Below, piece after piece: positions 1-9,917 of a DNA stretch of 59,262 bases (the first letter of the stretch is position 1; each line of letters opens with the position of its first letter). Both the position numbers and the translations under genes were made by a program. This DNA is from Candidatus Daviesbacteria bacterium GW2011_GWA1_41_61. GTDB taxonomy: Bacteria > Patescibacteriota > Microgenomatia > Daviesbacterales > UBA10151. The stretch is taken from NCBI GenBank assembly GCA_000997385.1, contig LCBT01000005.1, positions 1 through 59,262 on the forward strand, written 5' to 3'. The notes beneath the pieces were generated by a model. It did no database searches. It had not been told where the DNA came from and was given only the letters and a program-made list of their open reading frames with translations.

Positions 1-231
1 ATTGGGATCCAGTTGCTGGTATAAAGAAGAACCATAATCAAACCTGGTCTCTAAATTTTTAGCCAGAGTATCAATATTGGATCTTCTGACTCCATCCCGA
101 GCAGCTTTTTGAACATTGCCAAACAAAGCTAGGGAGACCACTGCCAAAATAGCTATAATGGCCACTACCACCAAAAGTTCAATTAAGGTAAAACCAGCAG
201 CTTTTGGGGCAGAGCTAGACATACTAGACAT
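1..231 (-). CDS. Type IV prepilin-like protein, 3' part runs off the window
   Basis: Manual translation MSSMSSSAPKAAGFTLIELLVVVAIIAILAVVSLALFGNVQKAARDGVRRSNIDTLAKNLETRFDYGSSLYQQLDPN; G|FTLIELLVV prepilin cleavage/methylation motif. Not in ORF track. Confidence 0.9.
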   Translation of the reverse strand, partial: MSSMSSSAPKAAGFTLIELLVVVAIIAILAVVSLALFGNVQKAARDGVRRSNIDTLAKNLETRFDYGSSLYQQLDPN

Positions 232-305
232 AAAAGATAATACTTACTAAAAAGTATAGCATAAAAGGCTGTTGCTTAAGCTTTAAATAATATATAATTT
301 TCTCA

Positions 306-974
306 ATGGACCCAGCTTTTTTATCTTTATCCATAGTTATCCTGCTTTTTTCTGTTATCTTACATGAGGTGATGCACGGCTTTACAGCTTTAAAGTTTGG
401 AGACAGGACTGCCGAGCTTGCCGGAAGACTGACTTTAAATCCCCTGCCTCATATTGATCCTATAGGGACAGTTTTGGTACCCATGTTAGGGTTTTTGCCG
501 GTTTTACTGGGGGGAGGACCGGGGTTTATCATTGGTTGGGCTAAACCAGTCCCGGTTAACCCTTTAAATTTTTCTGATATAAGACGCGGTGAGCTGTTGG
601 TTTCTTTAGCTGGGGTAGCTGCTAATTTTGCTTTAGCTGTTTTAGGAGCTTTCTTATTTCATTTAGCTGTTAACTTCGCTCCAAATACTAATATTAGTTT
701 AATAAATGTACTCAGGTTTACAGTCACTATCAATTTAATATTAGGAGTTTTTAATTTACTGCCTATTCCACCCCTGGATGGGTCAAAAGTAGTTCTATCT
801 TTCCTTCCCTACAAGTTGGCAGCCCGGTATCAATCTTTGGAAAAGTATGGGCTGCTGATTATCTTTGCCCTATGGTTTATCTCCATAGGAGGAGTCTCCT
901 TATTAAGCCTAATCTTAGGCACAGCTGTAGGCATTTTAGGCTCCCTTTTAAATGTCCCCTTAAGGTTGTTTTAA
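306..974 (+). CDS. Site-2 protease, peptidase M50 family
   Basis: HEVMH zinc motif, NLLPIPPLDG motif, hydrophobic helices. Confidence 0.92.
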   Translation: MDPAFLSLSIVILLFSVILHEVMHGFTALKFGDRTAELAGRLTLNPLPHIDPIGTVLVPMLGFLPVLLGGGPGFIIGWAKPVPVNPLNFSDIRRGELLVSLAGVAANFALAVLGAFLFHLAVNFAPNTNISLINVLRFTVTINLILGVFNLLPIPPLDGSKVVLSFLPYKLAARYQSLEKYGLLIIFALWFISIGGVSLLSLILGTAVGILGSLLNVPLRLF

Positions 975-1006
975 TGCTCAGGCACGCAAGGACCAGCCTT
1001 GTGAGG

Positions 1007-2323
1007 CTAAATTATCCACTTCTTTTTTAGTGAGGTAAATTGTTTATCAATAATTGCTTCCCTGATTGATTTGACAAGGTTTACTATAAAGAAAACGTTA
1101 TGAATGGTGGCTAATCTGTAATACAACAACTCCTTAGCTAAATATAAATGTCTTAGATAAGCTCTGGAGAAGTTTTGGCAGGTGTAGCAGGAACACCCTG
1201 GATCTATAGCTTTTTTATCTTCTTTAAACTCTGACCTGGAGATATTAAGAGTAAATTTGTTACTCTCTTTCCCTCTATTAGCTGGACTGATATATAAACT
1301 ACCGTTTCTAGCCCTTCTCATTGGGGCCACACAATCAAACATATCCAAACCCCTTTCAATGCAGGCAAACAAGTCTCTCACCTCTCCAATTCCTAGAGCA
1401 TGTCTGGGTAATTCCCCTGGTAACAAGGGAATTACCCATTCCATAGTTTTGTCAATAGCTTTGGCAGCTGCCCAGTCAACTCCCAAAACCCCAGAATCAA
1501 CAAGGTCTCCCTCCTTCGCCAAGGCTTCGGAGGGCAAAGCAAAAGATCCTCCAATGGAAATTCCAGAAAAATCTTGCTGAACCACCCATCTGGCTTCATG
1601 TTTCCTTATCTCCTCATCAAAAACACCTTGTAATATCCCAAAAAGCTGGGATCGAGGATTTAAGGATTTTCCTACATGCTTTTGAAAATACTCTTTACTT
1701 CTTAGTTCCCAGCGGTGAGTCCTTTCTAAAGACTGCCTGACATACTCCACAGAATGAAGCGGTGATAACAACTCATCTAAAACTAAACAGATGTCTGAGC
1801 CTAAATCCAGCTGGATTTCCATAGATTTTTCCGGGGTTAAAAGGTGCTTGCTGCCATCTAAATGGGATACAAATTGTACTCCATTTTCAGTGATTTTACT
1901 TACCAAAGGCCCCCTTGTCAAACTCTCATCTCGATTCTTCTTTCCTTGTGGCGGGTCCTGCCGCTGCAGTATCCCGTCGTCTCGCCCGCTTTGAATTTTC
2001 TTTACTCCATGCTCAATCATGGCTCCCAGGGAAAAGGCCTGGAAGCCCCCTGAATCGGTCAGAATTGGTCCTTCCCACCCCATGAACTGATGAAGTCCCC
2101 CTAATTTTTTGATTAATTTATTTCCCGGCCTAAGATAAAGATGATAGGTATTACCCAGAATAATTTGAGCCCCTAAGATTTCCAAATCATCTGGACTTAA
2201 AGCTTTAACCGTCCCCTGTGTCCCTACAGGCATAAACACCGGAGTTTGGACCTCTCCATGGGCTGTTTTTAAAACTCCTGCCCTGGCTTTTTTATCTGTA
2301 GCAATGATTTTGAAATTAGACAT
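1007..2323 (-). CDS. tgt: tRNA-guanine transglycosylase, carrying two in-frame palindromic inserts
   Basis: TPVFMPVGT, NTYHL, TDSGGFQ, DMFDCV, CSCYTC...H zinc site. Confidence 0.95.
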   Translation of the reverse strand: MSNFKIIATDKKARAGVLKTAHGEVQTPVFMPVGTQGTVKALSPDDLEILGAQIILGNTYHLYLRPGNKLIKKLGGLHQFMGWEGPILTDSGGFQAFSLGAMIEHGVKKIQSGRDDGILQRQDPPQGKKNRDESLTRGPLVSKITENGVQFVSHLDGSKHLLTPEKSMEIQLDLGSDICLVLDELLSPLHSVEYVRQSLERTHRWELRSKEYFQKHVGKSLNPRSQLFGILQGVFDEEIRKHEARWVVQQDFSGISIGGSFALPSEALAKEGDLVDSGVLGVDWAAAKAIDKTMEWVIPLLPGELPRHALGIGEVRDLFACIERGLDMFDCVAPMRRARNGSLYISPANRGKESNKFTLNISRSEFKEDKKAIDPGCSCYTCQNFSRAYLRHLYLAKELLYYRLATIHNVFFIVNLVKSIREAIIDKQFTSLKKKWII

Positions 2324-2390
2324 CGGTAGTATTATATATATTTAGGCAGAAGTTTAGAATATCAAGTACAATATTAATGTCAAGGGTTCT

Positions 2391-2873
2391 ATGCTAAAAT
2401 CAACTGCTGGCTTTACCATTATCGAGCTTTTGGTAGTAATCTCCATCTTAGCTATCTTATCAACCATAGGATTTCTTTCTTACTTTAATACCATCAATAA
2501 AACCACCACCACTATTGTCAAAGCAGACTTTGTTTCTATCTACAAAAGCATCGCCATCGCCAGACTGGCTAAACAAAAAACCTTTGGCCAAATCACCCAG
2601 AACTTCTGTTCTGAATGCGCAAGCTGCCGGGCCAGCCCTAATGTTTCCCTGGATCAGGCTTGTATTGATGATCTGACCGCTTCCTGGCAAACTATCAGCT
2701 CTGATCTTCTTCCCCGCGATCCTTGGGGCAACCCTTATCTTTGGGATGAAAATGAGTTAGAGGGTGGTAATTGTAACCGAGACAGTCTTCGTACCGTGGG
2801 AGCTGACCATCTCTATGGAACAGCTGATGATATAGTTTCTTATGTGCCCCGCTATATTTGCACTCCACCATAA
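2391..2873 (+). CDS. Type IV pilin / T2SS pseudopilin G-like protein
   Basis: G|FTIIELLVV motif, DPWGNPY and GADHLYGTADDI motifs. Confidence 0.88.
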   Translation: MLKSTAGFTIIELLVVISILAILSTIGFLSYFNTINKTTTTIVKADFVSIYKSIAIARLAKQKTFGQITQNFCSECASCRASPNVSLDQACIDDLTASWQTISSDLLPRDPWGNPYLWDENELEGGNCNRDSLRTVGADHLYGTADDIVSYVPRYICTPP

Positions 2874-2966
2874 CTAACAGTTAGCAAAAGAATATTTTTT
2901 TAGGCCTTTACACATTCCTTCCTCTCTTTTTACATTTAATACTCATTTGTTACGTACTATGGGAGC

Positions 2967-5201
2967 ATGAAGCTATCCCTCAACTCTCCTCCTAAAAACA
3001 AGAAACAATCCAAAAGGAAAAACTCTAGGCTAAACTTAAAAAGAAAATTTTTAGCAATTTTTCTAGCCTTAACCTTATTTTTATCTTTAGTACCAATTAT
3101 TACTTATGCCACCTATATCCCTGATTTAGACAGCAAAGAAGAGATTATGAATAAAAGTAGTACCGGGGTGGTTCTTTTCGACCGGAATAATCAACCCTTC
3201 TTTACCTTTTATCAAGGCAGAGAAAGACAAGCTGTACCACTGGACGAAATCTCACCTTACCTGCAGATGGCAACTGTTGCTTCTGAGGACAAAGAATTTT
3301 ACTCCCACTATGGATTTTCCCCTAAAGCTATCGTCAGGGCTTTAATCACTGATATTAAAAGAGGCAATTTTGCTTCGGGAGGCTCCACTATCACCCAACA
3401 GCTGGTCAAAAATGCTTTACTTTCACCTGACAAAAGCATCACCCGTAAAATCCAGGAGATACTTTTGGCTCAAGAGCTGGAAAGAAGGTACAACAAAAAT
3501 GAGATTTTAGAGATGTACTTAAATTCAGTTTATTTTGGAGAAGGAGCTTTTGGGGTAGAAGAAGCAGCCGGCAGGTATTTTGACAAAAAATCTCCAGACT
3601 TAAATCTGGCCGAGGCAGCACTACTGGTAGGCCTGCTGCCAGCCCCTTCAAAGCTCTCACCGCTGTCCAATGATTTGACCGAGATTAAAAAGAGGCAGGA
3701 GTTAATCTTGCAAAAGATGATGGAACAAAAGATGATCTCTGATGAGGATCGCTTAAAAGCAGAGAAAGAAACACTTAAATTTAAGCCCAAAGCAAATGAT
3801 TTAAACACCACAGGTGTTCATTTTGCCATCATGGTTAAAGATGAGTTAATAGCCCATTATGGAGAAGATAAAGTCTCCCGCTCCGGCTTTAAAGTTAAAA
3901 CCACTTTAGACCTCAACTTCCAAACTCAAGCTGAACAGGTAGTCAAACAGCAGCTTAAAATTCTGGCGCCCAATAACGTTTCCAACGCCGCGATAGTCGT
4001 GGAAGATCCTAAAACCGGAGAGATTAAGGCTTTAGTAGGCAGTAAGGATTGGGGAGCCGAGGGGTTTGGCAAAGTTAATGTCGCAGTTATGCCCCGTCAA
4101 CCTGGATCTTCTTTTAAACCAATTGTTTACGCTGCTGCTTTAGAGGAAAAGGTAATCACTCCAGCCACAATCCTCTGGGACCAACCCACTACTTTTGCCA
4201 CCAACTACCGCCCCAAAAACTATGACGGTAAGTTCCGCGGCCCGGTAACTGCCAGACGGGCCCTGGCCAACTCTTTAAATGTTCCTTCAGTAGAAGTACT
4301 GTCTAAATTGGGAGTCTCTTCAGCAGTAGAGATGGCCCAGAGAGTGGGGATTACCACTATTGAAGATCCCCAAAGGTATGGATTATCCTTGGTTTTAGGA
4401 GCTGGAGAGGTCAAACTTTTAGATATCACCAACGCTTATGCTACCTTTGCTAATATGGGGTTGAAAAATGACCCCAGCTTTATTTTAGAGATTAAAGATA
4501 AATACGATCAGGTCATCTACACCCACCAAGCTAAACCTAAAAAGGTCTTAAACTCCGAAGTCGCCTTTTTAATCTCCTCAATTCTTTCCGATAGCGGTGC
4601 CCGAGCTGAAATTTTTGGGACGGTTCTAAATATCTCCCGAAAGGTAGCGGTTAAAACCGGCACTAGTGAAAGCTACCGGGATTCTTTAACCATAGGCTAC
4701 ACTCCCTCACTGGCTATTGGGGTATGGGTAGGCAATAATGACGGCCGGCCGATGAACAGTGTGGCTGGATCTTTGGGGGCAGCCCCTATTTGGAAACAGC
4801 TGATGGAGAAGTTTTTACAAGGCACCCCCAAAGAACAGTTTATTCAGCCCGAAGGGATTGTTACTTATACCTGCAGGAGAGAATATTTTATTAAGGGAAC
4901 AGAACCAACTGCAGGGTGTGCTTCCTCTACACCCTCACCTACGGTCACTATCAGTCCCACTCCTCCTCAAGAAGGTAAAAAATCAGCTTTAAATCAACCT
5001 TTTCTGCTACTTTTAGGAAGGAATTTTAACTTGACAAAAGCCGCGTTCCTTTGCTATGATGATTATGCCCAACAGGACCATGTACCGGCTGGTACATGGC
5101 AGGGCAAAGTAGATGGTTCTTTATCTGAAGAACCCAACCTGCTTGGCACGTTTGAAAATTTAGGGAATATTTTCCTCCATCGTTGGTGTACAACGGGTTG
5201 A
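2967..5201 (+). CDS. Class A penicillin-binding protein (transglycosylase/transpeptidase); last ~70 aa look like read-through into non-coding DNA
   Basis: EDKEFY, GGSTITQQLVKN, RKIQE, SSFK, SLN and KTG motifs. Confidence 0.93.
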   Translation: MKLSLNSPPKNKKQSKRKNSRLNLKRKFLAIFLALTLFLSLVPIITYATYIPDLDSKEEIMNKSSTGVVLFDRNNQPFFTFYQGRERQAVPLDEISPYLQMATVASEDKEFYSHYGFSPKAIVRALITDIKRGNFASGGSTITQQLVKNALLSPDKSITRKIQEILLAQELERRYNKNEILEMYLNSVYFGEGAFGVEEAAGRYFDKKSPDLNLAEAALLVGLLPAPSKLSPLSNDLTEIKKRQELILQKMMEQKMISDEDRLKAEKETLKFKPKANDLNTTGVHFAIMVKDELIAHYGEDKVSRSGFKVKTTLDLNFQTQAEQVVKQQLKILAPNNVSNAAIVVEDPKTGEIKALVGSKDWGAEGFGKVNVAVMPRQPGSSFKPIVYAAALEEKVITPATILWDQPTTFATNYRPKNYDGKFRGPVTARRALANSLNVPSVEVLSKLGVSSAVEMAQRVGITTIEDPQRYGLSLVLGAGEVKLLDITNAYATFANMGLKNDPSFILEIKDKYDQVIYTHQAKPKKVLNSEVAFLISSILSDSGARAEIFGTVLNISRKVAVKTGTSESYRDSLTIGYTPSLAIGVWVGNNDGRPMNSVAGSLGAAPIWKQLMEKFLQGTPKEQFIQPEGIVTYTCRREYFIKGTEPTAGCASSTPSPTVTISPTPPQEGKKSALNQPFLLLLGRNFNLTKAAFLCYDDYAQQDHVPAGTWQGKVDGSLSEEPNLLGTFENLGNIFLHRWCTTG
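5031..5060 (+). promoter_or_regulatory. Sigma70-type promoter
   Basis: TTGACA (5031-5036), 18-nt spacer, TGnTATGAT (-10 at 5055-5060). Confidence 0.6.
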
Positions 5202-5325
5202 TCTGGGTGGAGATACTGTTATGGTATTTCCTAAGATCCCCACTTTAAAGTCCAGGGGAAAAATCCTTAAAAACACGGTCAAGTAGGCGGTATTATTCTC
5301 CCCCGATCCTTCGGGGGATTTTTTA
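5066..5325 (+). ncRNA. Candidate structured non-coding RNA, family unassigned
   Basis: Between a promoter and a terminator; hairpins 5078-5099, 5115-5134, 5181-5195, 5200-5238; long-range helices 5138-5147/5278-5287, 5159-5166/5264-5271, 5170-5177/5255-5262. Confidence 0.55.
5299..5325 (+). terminator. Rho-independent terminator
   Basis: TCCCCCGA-TCCT-TCGGGGGA followed by a T run. Confidence 0.8.
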
Positions 5326-5392
5326 TTTTAAAATCATTTTATCTCCTGGTTCAAATTCACTCCTAGATTTGGTAAAATTAATTGTCCCTATT

Positions 5393-5467
5393 GCCGGGGT
5401 AACTCAGTGGTAGAGTAGCTGTTTTGTAAACAGCAAGTCGCGGGTTCGAATCCCGCCTCCGGCTCCA
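5393..5467 (+). tRNA. tRNA-Thr(TGT), integration site of element 1
   Basis: Cloverleaf; anticodon arm GCTGT-TTTGTAA-ACAGC, T arm GCGGG-TTCGAAT-CCCGC, 3' CCA. Confidence 0.95.
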
Positions 5468-7050
5468 AAGTGGATTGAAGGGTCGTATTCTGCCTGATTA
5501 GATTGATGTGACGGCCCTTTCTTTAGTCCGACCAAACCGTTTTCTTCAGAAAGCTCATTTTGCTTATTTCTAAGGAACATAAATACCGATTTAGCCTCTA
5601 GGTAAAGCTTTTTGTCTTTTAATTTCAAGTCCGACCCAAGTATTTGTAAAACCATCCTTTTAGTATAGTCGTCTCCGGTGTTAAATAATTCGAGAATATT
5701 CCCGGCAAACTCTAAGGTATTATCAATCATCTGCTCCCAGTAGGAAATTCTATCCGAATTAAGCTGCTCCTTAATATCTGCTTCTTCTTTTAGGATAGCC
5801 GCTTTTTTCTGTTTATACTCATCTTCAGAGTAGAGACCGTCAATTTTCATACTAAATAACTTTTCTTTACTACCATCAATTTCGTGTAATCTTTTAGTTA
5901 GAACTTCCTTATTTTTATGCTCAAATTCAAACTCATCTCGATTTCTTCTTTTGAGCACTTTCCTGACCCAATCAATAAACCTTGGGTTAAGTTCTAAATT
6001 ACTAATGAAAGTCCTAACCTGGCCTTCTAAATCATCAGCCGGTGTATAAGATCTTTGGGTACAGACACCTTTATTTTTCTTACATCTATACCAGAAATAC
6101 TCTCGTGACGTGCCATTTTTATATGTTTTAGTTTTTCTTTCCGAAGTAATAGTTGAGCTACATTCACCACATTTTATAAAGCCAGACAAAGGTAGTGTGC
6201 GTATTTCAGTTCTATCTATATACCGACCGCTAAACTTACCAGTAATGATTTTTTGAGCCTTATTGAATTCCTCCAAGGTGACCACTGGTTCTTGAATACC
6301 CTTGTGAACCTCACCTTGGAAATTAAAATATCCAGCATAAAATACGTTATGAAATAGACTAAATGAGGCAGTCCGAGATACTGGATTACCCCGCCTATCT
6401 CTTAAACCGAGCTTTGTAATTGCAGCTAAGGACTCATCAACAGTATATTGGCCAGTTAGTATCATCTGCCACCACCTCTTTACTAAATCAAACCTTTCTG
6501 GATCGTTAGTAACAGTTTTCTCTCCTTTAACCTCCCCAACATTGAGATAGCCAATTGGGGCTAGTCCTGGCTTGATTCCTTTAGCTACTTTGGATTCCAA
6601 GCCCCTTTTGACGTCTTTAGAGAGCTTTAGACTGAAGTCTGTGGACATACCAAACTCTATTAAGAGCATGAACCAGTTGGACAAATCATATTGAGTGTAG
6701 GGAGTAATAATCCTAAGACCTTTGTGCTGAACTAGGTCAATTATTTCGCTACCATCAATCATATTACGTGCGAGGCGGTTAGCATTCCAGCAAACGACAA
6801 CTTTAGCTTTACCAGCCTTAAGAAGATTGAGCATCCTGTAAAATTCAGTTCTAACTCCGGCTTTTCGACCGCTTTTTTCTTCTTTAAAGTGAGGTACTAT
6901 TAAATTAAGGCTATAATCCTTGATAAGTTTATTACATTCATTTACTTGGTCATTAAGGGATAGAACTTGACGCTTCTTATCTTCTTCGGATTTTCTACAG
7001 TAGGCTAGGGCAATATTACTCATATCATTTTCATTTTTATCTCTATTCAT
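5404..7050 (-). CDS. Large serine recombinase (integrase); C-terminus encoded antisense to tRNA-Thr
   Basis: YCRKS catalytic motif, RLARN, CGEC...YRC zinc ribbon, coiled coil. Confidence 0.93.
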   Translation of the reverse strand: MNRDKNENDMSNIALAYCRKSEEDKKRQVLSLNDQVNECNKLIKDYSLNLIVPHFKEEKSGRKAGVRTEFYRMLNLLKAGKAKVVVCWNANRLARNMIDGSEIIDLVQHKGLRIITPYTQYDLSNWFMLLIEFGMSTDFSLKLSKDVKRGLESKVAKGIKPGLAPIGYLNVGEVKGEKTVTNDPERFDLVKRWWQMILTGQYTVDESLAAITKLGLRDRRGNPVSRTASFSLFHNVFYAGYFNFQGEVHKGIQEPVVTLEEFNKAQKIITGKFSGRYIDRTEIRTLPLSGFIKCGECSSTITSERKTKTYKNGTSREYFWYRCKKNKGVCTQRSYTPADDLEGQVRTFISNLELNPRFIDWVRKVLKRRNRDEFEFEHKNKEVLTKRLHEIDGSKEKLFSMKIDGLYSEDEYKQKKAAILKEEADIKEQLNSDRISYWEQMIDNTLEFAGNILELFNTGDDYTKRMVLQILGSDLKLKDKKLYLEAKSVFMFLRNKQNELSEENGLVGLKKGPSHQSNQAEYDPSIHFGAGGGIRTRDLLFTKQLLYH

Positions 7051-7325
7051 GTTGTACCATCTTCCAGCTCTTTTTTAAAGTCGGACTTCTTATTTTGTAT
7101 CTGTAGTTCAAATAATTGTATTAACCTTGAGCCTTGATCTCTGGCTACTTCATCGCTCAACTCAATCTGGTAAACTTCCTTAACCAACTTCTTGAATTCT
7201 TGAACTTCCTCCGGCTCCAAACAGGGATAAGTCTTATTTTTAGGAGCTCTAAATGTGGCATCCTGGCTGCTACAGACCTCACAAGGGCATTCACCAGATT
7301 CCACCATCTCGTCAACTGTGATCAT
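7047..7325 (-). CDS. Small hypothetical protein coupled to the integrase (possible directionality factor)
   Basis: 4-nt overlaps with both neighbours; CPCEVC; helix motif similar to 19778-19960. Confidence 0.6.
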   Translation of the reverse strand: MITVDEMVESGECPCEVCSSQDATFRAPKNKTYPCLEPEEVQEFKKLVKEVYQIELSDEVARDQGSRLIQLFELQIQNKKSDFKKELEDGTT

Positions 7326-8785
7326 GCCTTACCTCTTTCAGATTCATTAGCCCAACGAGTTCCTTCGCCAAATATTTCTTTACCTAAATCCAGTGACACT
7401 TGTGACTCATGTGACTCTGTTTCTGGTATACCGCTGTCTACTGAAGGGGCTGCTTTATCTGTGCTAGGTATATCTGTTTCAGTGTCAGAAGTGTCATTAG
7501 AGACATTGAAACCATAATTGAGCTTCAATTTCTCTATTAACTCTAGGTTGTAGTAAATTCCTCGTTTGTCTGCCGTCCTTTTCTTTTCAAACCCCAACCC
7601 CTTCAAAATTTTCCCAATGGTATCTTCTGGAAGAGCAAATTTATCTTCCTTACCTTTATTAAACTCTCTAGTAATAGTCTCTACGGATAGGAATCCACCA
7701 TCAACCTGGTTCTCTATGGCTATTACTATCTCAATGATTTTTGCCTCTAGTGTATCTGTAGCATCATCTTTTTTTCGTGACTCAACTGTTTTTAGAAACT
7801 TAAAAAACGATTCTTTTTTGTTGGGGAAAAAGGTAAGCACAATCTTATGAAGGGAGCTTACAATGTCTCCGAGCCTACCTGAAGCTGGTTTGTCCGCCTC
7901 CATTAGTTCATCTTTGTAATGTAAGATCCTAAAAGCTGCGAGCTTACATTTAAGATCAAAGGCACTCTCTGATACAACCGGATTATTAAACCTCCGGCTT
8001 GTTGGTTTCATATCAATTGAGATAGAGCGCGATTCTAAAATGTCATCAACTGGCCTATTAGTAGCAATAATGGTTGGTCCGAAAAGATTAAAAGTTTTAG
8101 TATCTCTAAAAGCTCCTTTTTCAGGCCATAAAGTTCTTGAGGATACAGATCCTTTTTCAAACCTTGCTAAAATAAGATCATCACAATTAGCGCGTTCAAA
8201 CTTTTTAGGAGCATTTTTAACATCAAACCCCAAAGCTGCTTGATGATCGTTACCCCATCTAATTATATCGGCCTCTCTAACAGTTTCTGTCCAAACTCCA
8301 CGCCTGGATACAAAGATTAAACCCTTCCCAGTTCTTGACTTACCACGTTCCTTAACTGCATATAGATACAGAATAGGTGAAAAGTGTATCTTGTCGATTA
8401 GATAGGTGTGAATATCCCATAAAACCAAAAGATCATAGTAAACTTCGTGTGGAAGCTCCGAGATGTTTTGATGGTAGGCAATAAGCTCCTCATATAAATC
8501 TAAAGCATGATGAGGGTTCTCCCTATATTCTTCTAAATATCCCAAAACCTTCTCAGCATCAGCAATTAAATATGGTATCGAGTTAAGAGGTGGCGGTACG
8601 AAGAGTTCATCATTATGTTTTACTGAATCTATCAATTCTAAATTTTCTGTGAGGTAAACTAGCTTTCCTTTACTACTTAAAACATCAATAGTGTTTGGAG
8701 CATCCAGGGAGTATGTTATTTTGTCTTCTTTATTGCTATCTTTTTTGGTTTTTATCTTTTCGTCAATATCGTCAAAATTATCCAT
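7322..8785 (-). CDS. Putative replication ATPase/helicase-like protein (DUF3631-like)
   Basis: P-loop-like KERGKSRTGK, SRSISIDM motif, position downstream of primase. Confidence 0.6.
   Translation of the reverse strand: MDNFDDIDEKIKTKKDSNKEDKITYSLDAPNTIDVLSSKGKLVYLTENLELIDSVKHNDELFVPPPLNSIPYLIADAEKVLGYLEEYRENPHHALDLYEELIAYHQNISELPHEVYYDLLVLWDIHTYLIDKIHFSPILYLYAVKERGKSRTGKGLIFVSRRGVWTETVREADIIRWGNDHQAALGFDVKNAPKKFERANCDDLILARFEKGSVSSRTLWPEKGAFRDTKTFNLFGPTIIATNRPVDDILESRSISIDMKPTSRRFNNPVVSESAFDLKCKLAAFRILHYKDELMEADKPASGRLGDIVSSLHKIVLTFFPNKKESFFKFLKTVESRKKDDATDTLEAKIIEIVIAIENQVDGGFLSVETITREFNKGKEDKFALPEDTIGKILKGLGFEKKRTADKRGIYYNLELIEKLKLNYGFNVSNDTSDTETDIPSTDKAAPSVDSGIPETESHESQVSLDLGKEIFGEGTRWANESERGKA
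7393..7496. repeat. Opposed 9-bp-period repeats, candidate replication origin
   Basis: GTGAC at 7393, 7402, 7411; inverted GTGTCA at 7482, 7491. Confidence 0.45.
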
Positions 8786-9527
8786 TTTTTGTCCTTTCCC
8801 TGGTCAGGAAATTGACTGCACTTTCAAATTTCTGATTGACTTCTTTAGTTACTAGTGGAGGCTGGAAGGTGGAGTTTATAAAGAGCAGGAACTGATAGAC
8901 TAATTTTGATGGGATACCACGAGCCAGTAGGCTACAAGCAGCTCTGTAGAGATTAATATCTCTAGCTCCTTCTGTTTGTCCTAGAATTGACTTCCAATCC
9001 AAATTAGTTGAACCTTTGTTTGTACCCTGAAGATCAATTATCCATTGAGGCATTTCCTGAAATTCATTAACAAATGGTGGAGTGATCCAAATATATTTAT
9101 TGCCTGAGGCGTGAACTGATGGTGGAAGGATTACATAACCGCCATCAGATTTTAGATCAAATCCTTCTTTAACCCCATTCTGGCTATGAATATTAGGGCT
9201 ATATTTATAGAAATGATGTGAACCACCGCCCCCAGTTTGTGATTTAACTGTATCTGTTAGATTATTGGTATTACCACCATGTCTTGGATCAATATCAATC
9301 ACACTAACACCAGATAATTTGCCTGTCACAAGGCCAATATTTGCCCAGGGCCATTTAGTCCACCAATCCGTAACTTCTTCAATTGTAGGTAGTCTTTTTT
9401 GGTATTCAAGCCAAGATTCTAGGCACGGTTTTTTAGAAGATGGACTGATAGGAATTATTGACCAACCTTTTGAAAGGTATTTAAGTGCTGCATTTAATAA
9501 ATCTTTATTTTTATCTTGATTATTCAT
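8778..9527 (-). CDS. Bifunctional primase/polymerase (Prim-Pol) with PriCT-like domain
   Basis: GWSIIPI...KKP, NIGLVTG, VIDIDPRHGG, TGGGGSHHF, GGYVILPPSVHASG. Confidence 0.9.
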   Translation of the reverse strand: MNNQDKNKDLLNAALKYLSKGWSIIPISPSSKKPCLESWLEYQKRLPTIEEVTDWWTKWPWANIGLVTGKLSGVSVIDIDPRHGGNTNNLTDTVKSQTGGGGSHHFYKYSPNIHSQNGVKEGFDLKSDGGYVILPPSVHASGNKYIWITPPFVNEFQEMPQWIIDLQGTNKGSTNLDWKSILGQTEGARDINLYRAACSLLARGIPSKLVYQFLLFINSTFQPPLVTKEVNQKFESAVNFLTRERTKNG

Positions 9528-9529
9528 AT

Positions 9530-9781
9530 TTAACCTCCATAAATTCTACTTTTTAAGAACCTAATTGCCTCCCAAAAAGCATTGGGTTCTGTGCGTAAAC
9601 TCTTTTTCCAGAAATCTTGGATGACTTGATCTAAACCAGGGTTATTAGAACGATCAAATATAAAAACTGACTTTCCGTCTGGGTTTTTAACAACGGAATC
9701 AAGGGAAATTCCAGAGCAAATAATTGCACCAGCTAGGGGTAAACTTGACGTTTCAAATAATGAAGTAACATCTTTTCTCAT
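9530..9781 (-). CDS. DUF5659-like small protein
   Basis: FETSSLPLAGAI...FIF...FW...LKSRIY pattern; paralog of 19561-19791. Confidence 0.7.
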   Translation of the reverse strand: MRKDVTSLFETSSLPLAGAIICSGISLDSVVKNPDGKSVFIFDRSNNPGLDQVIQDFWKKSLRTEPNAFWEAIRFLKSRIYGG

Positions 9782-9917
9782 ATCATTTAATTTTTATAAT
9801 CCGTTACATTGGCTAAGAGCCAAATTCGATATATTTCTAGTTAAATTTTACTAAAGGGATTGTGTATTGTATGTGGCAATGTGGGTATCTATGAAAGTGC
9901 TACACTTTGAATTGATA

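Noticed and set aside
1-86. DGR template/variable repeat pair with 49074-49159
   Set aside because: No reverse transcriptase in the window; the three differences are synonymous and include a C/T change.
5056-5286. Frame with two internal TAG codons suggesting stop-codon recoding
   Set aside because: TAG terminates clear genes in this window (mreB, GH1); the region is better explained as structured RNA.
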